Of a DNA stretch of 64,000 bases, positions 56,154 to 64,000 are shown in pieces (the stretch's first letter is position 1; every line of letters starts with the position of its first letter). The DNA comes from an uncultured Actinomycetes bacterium (GTDB lineage: Bacteria; Actinomycetota; Acidimicrobiia; Spongiisociales; DATADW01), in assembly GCA_963824995.1 (NCBI GenBank), contig CAWGRK010000010.1, positions 120,928 through 184,927 on the forward strand, written 5' to 3'. The translations under genes were made by a program, and so were the position numbers. A model generated the notes under the pieces. That model searched no databases, had not been told where the DNA came from, and was given only the letters and a program-made list of their open reading frames with translations.

Positions 56154-57068
56154 ATGGAACAGCGCAGCACCGCCCGGACCGGAGAAGCGCCGCAGGCGAG
56201 CGGGCGGCTCGAGGAGGATCTCCACCGGCTCAGCGCCGAAACAGCCCAGCGGGTATTGGAGCGTGCCATTGCCGAGCAGGCACCCGACGACCCCGGCCTC
56301 ACCCGCTCGGACCTGCTCCGCATCGCCCAAGAGCTCGACATCGATCCGACAACGGTGGATCGCGGACTTGCAGCCGAGTTGTCGGCGACTCCGCAGCAGC
56401 ATCGGCGCGGCCTGCTCGCCAGGCTCACCGGTCTTGGGCTGCTTCATCAGCGCCGTGTGAGCGATCGTCCGGTGCCTTGGGTGGAGAGTGCCGCGGTGTC
56501 CTGGCTGGCCGGTGAGGAGGGTCTGCGGCTGCAGCGAGGTACCGGCCAAGCCGGGGTTTGGATCGCCGATGGTCGGCTGGCCGCCAGGATGCGCCTCGGA
56601 CTGCAGCCCGCCAGGGGGACGCGCACCTTGCGAGCCGCCGACCGGGTGCTGATCGAGGTTCGGGCGCTGGGAGGCGGGAAGAGCTTGGTCGACCTCCGGG
56701 CCGACACATCGAACCTGCTCGGGCGGGGACGAACAGTCCTCCTGGCAGGCACCGCGGCCGGGTTCGTCCTGTTTCTCGTGGGGGCGATGTCCGGTGCGAT
56801 CGGCGATGGCGCAGGCGCCGGGATCCTGGTGGCGCTCCTGTCATGGACCGCCACAGTCCTGACCTTGCGGGGGTGGAGCCGCCGGTTGCTCGCCGCATTG
56901 ACCACGGCGGTGGAGGCGATCAGTTCATCCGTCGCCCGCCCAGCTCCGCTGTCGTGGGCCGCAACAATGACGACCTTGAGAGGTTTGAGCGGCCAACTGT
57001 GGGCCGCACTGGCGGCGGCGGTAGAGGTGATCGCCTCCTCAGCCACCAATCCCCGAAGCCGGTCCTAA
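56154..57068 (+). CDS. Hypothetical membrane protein
   Basis: ATG 56154, 7 nt after CATAAT. N-terminal 'AQRVLERAIAEQ..LTRSDLLRIAQELDID' helical module and two C-terminal TM helices. Confidence 0.7.
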   Translation: MEQRSTARTGEAPQASGRLEEDLHRLSAETAQRVLERAIAEQAPDDPGLTRSDLLRIAQELDIDPTTVDRGLAAELSATPQQHRRGLLARLTGLGLLHQRRVSDRPVPWVESAAVSWLAGEEGLRLQRGTGQAGVWIADGRLAARMRLGLQPARGTRTLRAADRVLIEVRALGGGKSLVDLRADTSNLLGRGRTVLLAGTAAGFVLFLVGAMSGAIGDGAGAGILVALLSWTATVLTLRGWSRRLLAALTTAVEAISSSVARPAPLSWAATMTTLRGLSGQLWAALAAAVEVIASSATNPRSRS

Positions 57069-57095
57069 CCTGAAATCAAAGGAGAGGAGGACTCG

Positions 57096-57176
57096 ATGAA
57101 GAAGGCACTGCTGATACTCAGCATCCTCGGAGTGATCGCACTCGTCGCCTGGAAGATGATGGAGGAGACCGAGTAG
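57096..57176 (+). CDS. 26-aa single-TM small protein
   Basis: AAGGAGAGGAGG RBS precedes MKKALLILSILGVIALVAWKMMEETE*. Below the ORF-track size cutoff. Confidence 0.75.
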   Translation: MKKALLILSILGVIALVAWKMMEETE

Positions 57177-57180
57177 GAGG

Positions 57181-58125
57181 TCATCCCACCCGGTCTGCCA
57201 CCACGCGCAGATCGGCCCGGTCGCTGAGGAAGACGTTCACCGCCCGTGCGATCTCTTCGGAGTGCGTCAGGGGCGCCTCATGACGTGCATCCAACTCGAC
57301 CACCTTGGCCTCGGGGAGGAGAGCCGCCAGCCGGTATTGGGATGACACCGGCATCAACTGATCATGGGCGGTGATCAGGACGAGCGCCGGACGGTCCAGG
57401 CGGCCGATCCAGCGGGTGCTGTCGAAGGAGAGCGCAGCGAACCCCGACAGCCAATAGAGGTCCGGGTCACGGCTCATCTGGTGCGCCCACATCCAGCGTT
57501 GGTGTCTCGGCTGCAGCGCCCCCACCCTGCCCAGATAGTGGTATCGGGCCCGCGACAACTCCACCCGACTCACACGGTCGAGCGCCCGCCCCATGAGGAA
57601 GACGAATCGCGCTGCCCAACGCTCGCGTGCCCGTGGCGTGGGTTGGGCGGCGGTAGCACCGAGGATCAACTTGACGACTTTGTGCGGGTGTCGGTGAGCA
57701 AGCTCTTGGGCAACCATCCCGCCCAAGCTGTACCCGGCGATGATCGCCCTGTCCAAGTCGAGCGCATCCATCACCTGTGCCACTTCGTCGGCCAGACGCG
57801 ACACATCGAACCTCTCGCGCACCAGTTCGGAGTGACCCGAGTTGCGGTTGTCGAGGGCGATGACCCGGTACTTCCCATCGAGGAGCGGGATGATCCGCTG
57901 CCATACCACCACCGAATGATCGCCCCAGCCGTGGATCAGGACGATCGGCGGGCCGTCAGGATCGCCGGTCTCGCGGATGAACATCTCCTGGTCGCCGATG
58001 AACACCGAGCGGCCGGGGATGCGCATTGGCGCCTCCTGGGGACCGTCGAAGGTCGGCGGGACCTCGGGACCGAAAATCCGCCAGAGGAGCCAGGCCCCGA
58101 GTAGCCGTCGCAGCCATCGCATCAT
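57181..58125 (-). CDS. Alpha/beta fold hydrolase
   Basis: IVLIHGW, GYSLGG nucleophile elbow, Asp in HDQL and His in ARHEAP. Confidence 0.9.
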   Translation of the reverse strand: MMRWLRRLLGAWLLWRIFGPEVPPTFDGPQEAPMRIPGRSVFIGDQEMFIRETGDPDGPPIVLIHGWGDHSVVVWQRIIPLLDGKYRVIALDNRNSGHSELVRERFDVSRLADEVAQVMDALDLDRAIIAGYSLGGMVAQELAHRHPHKVVKLILGATAAQPTPRARERWAARFVFLMGRALDRVSRVELSRARYHYLGRVGALQPRHQRWMWAHQMSRDPDLYWLSGFAALSFDSTRWIGRLDRPALVLITAHDQLMPVSSQYRLAALLPEAKVVELDARHEAPLTHSEEIARAVNVFLSDRADLRVVADRVG

Positions 58126-58559
58126 CAGAAGCCTCGCAAATGGTCGATGGCGAACACGTGGTCGGTCACCGGGCGACCTCCCACCAGGTGCTCGTCAATG
58201 ATCCGATCGATCACCTCTTCGGTCACCGAGTGGTACCACACGCCGTCGGGGTAGACCACCGCAATCGGGCCTTGCTCGCAGATCCGCAGGCAATCGGCCT
58301 TGGTGCGCAGCACCACGCCGTCGCCGGGTTGTGGAGCCGGGTCCGCATCCATGTCACCCTGCCAGGGGGGCGGGGCGCTGGCGAGTCCCATCGCCTTGAG
58401 ACGGGCCTTGAGGTGCTTCCAAACCCGTCCCGACTCCTCGTACCCCGAGCACCTGGGTCTCGACTGCTCGGCGCAGATGAAGAGATGCCGCTGCAGCCCA
58501 CCGATAGAGAGCGCTTCAGCAATGGTCTGCAGCCGCTGGTCGAGATCTCGGTCGTCCAC
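58125..58559 (-). CDS. Thioredoxin-like (2Fe-2S) ferredoxin
   Basis: [43 protein letters not shown]. Confidence 0.92.
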   Translation of the reverse strand: MDDRDLDQRLQTIAEALSIGGLQRHLFICAEQSRPRCSGYEESGRVWKHLKARLKAMGLASAPPPWQGDMDADPAPQPGDGVVLRTKADCLRICEQGPIAVVYPDGVWYHSVTEEVIDRIIDEHLVGGRPVTDHVFAIDHLRGF

Positions 58560-58564
58560 ACGAG

Positions 58565-58592
58565 GACGGTAGACGGATGACGGAAGACGGAA
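58565..58592 (+). repeat. Degenerate heptamer run GACGGWW x4 directly upstream of the ferredoxin
   Basis: GACGGTA GACGGAT GACGGAA GACGGAA. Confidence 0.8.
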
Positions 58593-58684
58593 GAAGAGGC
58601 AGGGAGGGATCGGTCAGGGTCCGCCCGAGGGCCGGCTTTGCCGGCCCGACAGCTGCCGGCCACTCTGGTCGCGCCGGGGGTGGC

Positions 58685-59749
58685 TCAGGAGGGGCGCCTG
58701 CCCCCCTCCTGTAACGAGATCCGGCCCGCCACACCGTCGGTCACTTCGCCGATCAGGGCGGCGGCCGGGGTGCCGGCGGCGGCTAAGTCGGTGAGCACTA
58801 CGTCGACCAGTGAGGGATCGACCGCCGCCAGGAGACCACCGCTGGTCTGGGCGTCTGCCAGCAGCATCCGGTCCTGTTCCGTCGCCGATCCGAAGGCGGT
58901 GAAGCGCGAGGCGGTCTCCAGGTTGCGCCGGCTTCCACCGGCGTACACCCCAGAGGCGACCATCCGCCTTGCGCCGGGGAGGTAGGGGACCGCACCCGCC
59001 GTCACCGTGGCGGCGGTGCCGCTGGCGCGCATCATCGCCCCGAGGTGGCCGAGCAGCCCGAACCCGGTGATGTCGGTGGCGGCCGCGATATGGTGCGCCC
59101 CCAGGACCTCTGCAGCCGCGGCGTTGAGCGTGGCCATGACCTCGACAGCGGCTGCGATCTCTTCGTCTGATGACTCCCCGCGCTTCAACCCCGTGGTCAC
59201 GACGCCGGAACCGATCGGCTTGGTGAGGACCAATCCGTCTCCCGGCTTGGCGGCGCGGTTCGTCGTCAGCCGGTCCGGCTCGACCACGCCTGTCACCGCC
59301 AGCCCGTACTTGGGCTCGGCGTCGTCGATCGAGTGACCGCCGACGATGATGCAGCCCGCAAGCTCACAGACCGAGGCCCCCCCTTGGAGCACCTGACCGA
59401 GAAGATCGAAGGGAAGCTCCTCGCGGGGCCATGCCACCACCTGGAGCGCGCTCAAGGGACGACCGCCCATGGCGTACACATCGGACAGTGCGTTGGCAGC
59501 GGCGATCCGGCCCCAGTCGAATGCGTCGTCAACGATGGGGGTGAAGAAGTCAATCGTCTGCACCAGGAGCTTCCCGTCAAGACGGATCACCGTGGCGTCA
59601 TCGCCGGTCTCGATCCCCACAACGAGATCGGAGTGGCTGACAGCCGGGTGGCTCTTCAGCCCCGAAAGCGCCTCGCTCAGATCGTCTTGTCCGAGTTTGC
59701 AGGCGCACCCGGCACCGTGCGAGTACGAGGTGAGTTTGACCGCAGCCAT
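58685..59749 (-). CDS. selD: Selenide, water dikinase (Cys form)
   Basis: LTSYSHGAGCACKL (TGC codons), TGDDA, QTIDFFTPIVDD, ANALSDVYAMGG, GGHSI, TDITGFGLLGH, DAQTSGGLL. Confidence 0.97.
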   Translation of the reverse strand: MAAVKLTSYSHGAGCACKLGQDDLSEALSGLKSHPAVSHSDLVVGIETGDDATVIRLDGKLLVQTIDFFTPIVDDAFDWGRIAAANALSDVYAMGGRPLSALQVVAWPREELPFDLLGQVLQGGASVCELAGCIIVGGHSIDDAEPKYGLAVTGVVEPDRLTTNRAAKPGDGLVLTKPIGSGVVTTGLKRGESSDEEIAAAVEVMATLNAAAAEVLGAHHIAAATDITGFGLLGHLGAMMRASGTAATVTAGAVPYLPGARRMVASGVYAGGSRRNLETASRFTAFGSATEQDRMLLADAQTSGGLLAAVDPSLVDVVLTDLAAAGTPAAALIGEVTDGVAGRISLQEGGRRPS

Positions 59750-59837
59750 CCATTTGACGGTAGCCATGGGCCGCTCTCGATCCTGACGGTCGACGTCCGG
59801 GGCCGAACTAATCTGTCCCGCCAACGAAGGCGAACAC

Positions 59838-60314
59838 ATGACTGATGAGACTGTCTGGCTCACCCCGACAGCACACGACAAGCTGAAGGTCGAACTCGAG
59901 GGACTCCTGGGGGACGGTCGCCGGGACATGGAGGAGAGGCTGTCCGAGGCGCGCTCGCACGGGGACATCCGGGAGAACGCCGACTACGACGCCGCCAAGG
60001 ACGAGCAGGCGCTGATGGAGGCTCGTATCCGCCAGTTGCAGCACATCCTCGACACCGCGGAAGTGCGCGGCGTCGAGGACACCGGCACCGTGCAGGTCGG
60101 CTCGGTGGTGACCGTGATCGACGGCGACGGCGACCCGACCGAGTATCTGGTGGCTCCCCAGGAGAACAAGGTGCCCGGGTTCCTGCTCGCCTCCCCGGGA
60201 AGCCCACTCGGTCAAGCGCTTATCGGCGCCGCGGTGGGTGACGACGTGAGCTACCAGGCCCCAGGCGGGGTCTTCACCCTCCGGGTCACCGACATCCGCC
60301 CCTTCGAGGGCTAG
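59838..60314 (+). CDS. greA: Transcription elongation factor GreA
   Basis: ARSHGDIRENADYDAAKDEQ, SPGSPLGQALIG. Confidence 0.96.
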   Translation: MTDETVWLTPTAHDKLKVELEGLLGDGRRDMEERLSEARSHGDIRENADYDAAKDEQALMEARIRQLQHILDTAEVRGVEDTGTVQVGSVVTVIDGDGDPTEYLVAPQENKVPGFLLASPGSPLGQALIGAAVGDDVSYQAPGGVFTLRVTDIRPFEG

Positions 60315-60367
60315 GCCCCGACAGGGGGCGGTACCCTCACCGGCCGCCTCATCCAAGGACCAGCCCG

Positions 60368-61765
60368 GTGCGGATCCGACTGCTAAAGCCTCGAGAGCTC
60401 GCAGCCCGCCTTCTCGACCTGGCGCGCCGCCGTCCCGCTGATGTCGAGGAGTACCTCGACAGCCACGGCGAGGAATGGGAGGCCCTCGCGGGCGCCAACC
60501 CCCACGATGTAGCCGACATCCTCGAGGAGCTCGGTGAGGAGGCAGCCACCGAGTTGCTCACCGACCTGCCACCCGCCGAGGCTGCCGAAGTCCTCGAGGA
60601 GATGCGGACCGAACTGGCCGCCGACATCCTCGAGGTCCTTCCTCCAGAGGATGCCGCAGATCTGCTGGAAGTGATGGACACCTCCGACGCGGCCGATCTC
60701 CTCGCCGAGGTCGAGCCGGATGTCAGGAGCAGGCTCATCGCCGAACTCGACGAGGAGTTCGCCAGTGAGGTGCTCGAGCTGCTGACCTATTCGGCGGACT
60801 CTGCCGGCGGCATAATGACCACCGAGATCGCAGCTCTCCCCGTCGGGATGAGCGCCGGCGAGGCCATCGAGACCATCCGCCGTCTCCACGACGAGTTGGA
60901 GGACCTCTCCTACGTGTACGTGATCGACGAGCAACAGCGGCTGCTCGGCGTGCTCTCCTTCAGGGACCTGGTGTTCAACCGTCCCGGCGTAGGACTCGAC
61001 GAAGTGATGGTCGCCGATCCCATCGCCGTCACCGCCGAAGCAGATCGCGGCGAGGTCGCCGAGCTCATACAGAGGTACCACCTCTTCGGCCTCCCCGTGG
61101 TGGACAGCTCGAGGCGGCTGCTGGGGATGGTGACCACCGAGGCGGCACTCGAGGCGGTCCAGGAGGAGGCCAGCGAGGACTTCGCCGTGGCGGTCGGCGC
61201 CGGGGCCGAGGAAACCGTCCACACCCCGGTCCCGCGGTCGATCCGCAGCCGCCTTCCGTGGATCTCCTTCGACGTGGTGATCTCCTCGGTGGTCGTGATC
61301 GCCATAAGCCGTTTCAGCGGGATCCTGGAGCAGTTCACCGTGCTCGCGGCACTCATGCCCCTGGTGGCGCGGATCGGAGGTGACGCCGGAGCCCAGAGCC
61401 TCGCCGTGGTCATCCGAGGCCTTGCTTCCGACGACATATCCAACTCGGCGATCGGCAGGGTGATCCGCCGGGAAACCCTGATCGGAGGGATCAACGGGTT
61501 GGCCATCGCCCTGCTCGCCGGAATCCTGGGCTACGTGCTCCAGACCATCAGGGGAGGCCCCGACCCCTTCCAGATCGCACTGGCCATGACCATCGCAGCT
61601 TGGTCCAACCTCCTGATCGCGGGTATGGCGGGCGCAGGCATACCTCTGGCGCTACGGGCGCTCGGGTTCGACCCGGCGTTGGGTTCGAATCTCTTCCTCA
61701 CCACGATCACCGACCTGCTCGGTTTCGCCGGGTTCCTCGCCGTCGCATCGGCGTTGCTCACCTGA
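60368..61765 (+). CDS. mgtE: Magnesium transporter MgtE
   Basis: N-terminal acidic helical repeats, CBS pair (SAGGIMTT, LPVVD), RLPW, GGDAGAQS, DPALGS..LTTITD. Confidence 0.95.
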   Translation: MRIRLLKPRELAARLLDLARRRPADVEEYLDSHGEEWEALAGANPHDVADILEELGEEAATELLTDLPPAEAAEVLEEMRTELAADILEVLPPEDAADLLEVMDTSDAADLLAEVEPDVRSRLIAELDEEFASEVLELLTYSADSAGGIMTTEIAALPVGMSAGEAIETIRRLHDELEDLSYVYVIDEQQRLLGVLSFRDLVFNRPGVGLDEVMVADPIAVTAEADRGEVAELIQRYHLFGLPVVDSSRRLLGMVTTEAALEAVQEEASEDFAVAVGAGAEETVHTPVPRSIRSRLPWISFDVVISSVVVIAISRFSGILEQFTVLAALMPLVARIGGDAGAQSLAVVIRGLASDDISNSAIGRVIRRETLIGGINGLAIALLAGILGYVLQTIRGGPDPFQIALAMTIAAWSNLLIAGMAGAGIPLALRALGFDPALGSNLFLTTITDLLGFAGFLAVASALLT

Positions 61766-61830
61766 CCCCGCCTAGGCATGAGGGCAGCGAACATCCGGCG
61801 TATAGCAAGAGTCGCAGGTGGTCGCTAGGT

Positions 61831-62355
61831 TCAGGAGCCGATGATGAACGATCCGAGATCCGAGTACGGGCCGAGGAAAACGACGCGGTTCCCGTTCTCC
61901 AACCTGAGCACGTAGTGCCGGGTCTGCTGGCGGGTCAGACCATCTGGATTGCGGATCACGGCGTTGAGCGCCCCCTGCGAATCGACCACGTCGAGCTGGT
62001 CGACCGGCTCATTCTCCTCGACTATGTCAAGAACGAGGTTCGAAAGGTCGATCTCTGTGTAGTCACCGGGCTCGATGAGAACGACGAGCCTGTCCCCGCT
62101 GTCGGACGGCTCCCGGTGCCGTATGTCATAGGAGATCTCGATGGGTTCGCGGATGCTGGTAGACGTGGTGCGGTTTGAGCCGCCCCTCGGGCGCGTCGTG
62201 TCCGGCGCAGCCGCGACCGTGGTCACCGATTCGAGCGATGTGTCGGTGGCGGCCGTTGAAAGCGTGGGATCGTCGTTGGAACAGGCGGCGAGCACGGTCA
62301 ACGCCAAAGCGGCGGCTGCTGCCGTTGTTGCTCGACCCCAAGATTGTCGTCGCAT
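61831..62355 (-). CDS. Hypothetical lipoprotein
   Basis: Signal peptide with LAAC lipobox, Thr-rich linker and a compact C-terminal domain. Confidence 0.7.
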   Translation of the reverse strand: MRRQSWGRATTAAAAALALTVLAACSNDDPTLSTAATDTSLESVTTVAAAPDTTRPRGGSNRTTSTSIREPIEISYDIRHREPSDSGDRLVVLIEPGDYTEIDLSNLVLDIVEENEPVDQLDVVDSQGALNAVIRNPDGLTRQQTRHYVLRLENGNRVVFLGPYSDLGSFIIGS

Positions 62356-62543
62356 GCTGGTATCTCCCTCGGGGTGGACGACTCTTCAACGTCATGGTTT
62401 TTCAACGGGTTCCACCAGCGACGGTGCCTTCAGGGGCTGCCCGGCCAGTGCTGGTCTCTGGGCAGAAGCCTATTGTGGCGGGACCGGATAAATGGGTAGC
62501 CTGACACGAGTGAGGGTGCGGATGAGGCGCGTCTGCCGCCGCG

Positions 62544-64000
62544 GTGGTGATGTTGCTTCTTCTCGGGTTGTTGCCGGCCGCCGGCTATGCCGAGCCTGCC
62601 TCTGCCGCCGCGCCCAATTGCAGTCCGAGGACGATCAGCGATCTGACTCCGGACGACAACCCTTCTACAACGACCACCGTCCCTCCGACGGTTCCCACCA
62701 TCGGCCCGGTGGATGGCGCAGAGACTGAAGATGCGTCCGCATCGGCTGCGAGCACCGGTCTCTTCGGCCCCGGTGTACGGCTCGCCGCCCCCGTGGTGAC
62801 GAGGGTCATCGGGCTGGCCACTTCGTTGGCACAGGTCCCGCCGACGACCACCGTGCCCGAGCAGCCCACAACGACGGTCCCTCCGACGACCGTGCCGTCC
62901 ACGACCATCCCCGAGACGACCACCACCGTCCCGCCGACGACGGTGCCGCCCACCACCATCCCCGAGACCACGACCACCACCGTGCCGCCGACGACGGTGC
63001 CGCCCACCACCATCCCCGAGACCACGACCACCACCATCCCCGAGAGCACCACCACCGTGCCGCCGACGACGGTGCCGCCCACCACGACCACCGTTCCGCC
63101 GACCACACAACCACCCCGCGCCAGACGGTCAGGGGTAGCACCTGCTTCGTCTATCCGATGACCTACCCCATCGTGGGAGAGTCGGCAAATGTCTCCCCCT
63201 TCGGCGCAGCGCGCGACGGGGGTGCACGGCTCCATGCAGGAAACGACCTCACCGCGCCGAGGATGAGCCCCGTGGTCGCTGTCGAGAACGGCTTCGTCGA
63301 GAAGATCGAGTACGGCGGTTACCTGTCGGGGACATCAATCCGAGTGCGCCACAACGACGGTTGGTCCTCGCATTACATCCACCTCAACAACGACCTGTAT
63401 GGCACCGACGATGGGCAGGGCGAGGGCGTGAGACCCGGGCTCGCCGTGGGCGACAGGGTCAAGCGGGGCGAACTCATCGGTTGGGTCGGTGACAGCGGCA
63501 ACGCCGAGGGAACCATCCCCCATCTCCACTTCGAGCTCCGCAACCCAGGCGGGTCGGCCGTGGATCCGGAAGCGAGCCTGAAAGAGGCCAAGCACGTCAA
63601 GGTGTCGTTCGACGGCCCCTCCCCCGCATTCATCGACATCGCCGGTCATCCTCAAGAGGTCATGGTCAACCTTCTCGCCTCGGCAGGGCTGGCCACCCCA
63701 TGTGGCAAGCAGAGCCTCAATTTCTGCCCCAACGGACCGGTTACGGGCCGCGGGTTGCGTGCGGTCATCGATGCCTGGCAGGGCGAGGATGTCCGCATCG
63801 GGCGCCTCATCCCATATGGCGTCCCCTTCGACACCAGCCACCTCGTCGAAACCGAAGAAACGGCGCCGGCCACAGGGGTCGAAGCAGCTCCGGAAGGCAC
63901 CATCCTGGTGACGGATCCGGAGGCCGTGCGTCCCGCCGATGGAGCTGCCGGCCGGGATGCGCAGGCTGACGAGAAGCGTCAAATCGCCACCGAGGCTGCA
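62544..64000 (+). CDS. Secreted M23 metallopeptidase with a Pro/Thr-rich linker and an SLH-like C-terminus; apparent frameshift in the C-run near 63115; runs off the window
   Basis: Signal peptide and PTTVP repeats in one frame. From ~63116 another frame gives ..PFGAARDGGARLHAGNDL..YIHL..GDSGNAEGTIPHLHFEL..FIDIAGHP..FCPNGPVT. One extra C would join the frames. Confidence 0.85.
62839..63106 (+). repeat. Coding Pro/Thr repeats (VPPTT/IPETTT units)
   Basis: Repeated GTGCCGCCGACGACG and ATCCCCGAGACCACG units. Confidence 0.85.

Noticed and set aside
59698-59725. Selenocysteine (TGA) in SelD
   Set aside because: The active-site codons read TGC-GCC-TGC, which is the Cys form.
63158-63161. Pro/Thr-rich ORF and M23 domain as two genes coupled by an ATGA overlap
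   Set aside because: The M23 part would lack a signal peptide, and one extra C in the run near 63115 fuses them into a typical secreted peptidase. Two genes are not fully excluded.

Overview
High-GC actinobacterial core-genome window. Gene content and style suggest class Acidimicrobiia (inference). Mostly on the minus strand: an S58/DmpA peptidase, an ABC exporter with a divergent TetR regulator, alr-nnr-acpS-glmS (with a glmS ribozyme)-glmM, rpsI-rplM, HAD-truA-Yip1-coaA, then the contiguous alpha/spc/S10/str ribosomal superoperon and rpoC-rpoB. These are followed by two F420-dependent oxidoreductases, a DAHP synthase-chorismate mutase fusion with an attenuator-like leader, lgt, an SOS-box/HNH remnant, a caa3-type cytochrome oxidase cluster with two uncharacterised flanking lipoproteins, selD-ferredoxin-hydrolase, greA, mgtE and an M23 peptidase. 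Several essential genes (rplQ, rpoA, rpsK, rplF, rpoC) and ctaC/ctaD carry indels that are most simply read as sequencing or assembly errors. No tRNA, rRNA, CRISPR array or transposase was seen. The most unexplained signal is a set of small repeats: two families of tandem heptamers at gene junctions of the conserved operons, ~51-bp nested-hairpin REP-like doublets that each follow a heptamer run, a 3 x 58-bp array kept in frame inside a HAD gene, and a multi-hairpin element after glmM. All calls come from reading the sequence; no database searches were run.
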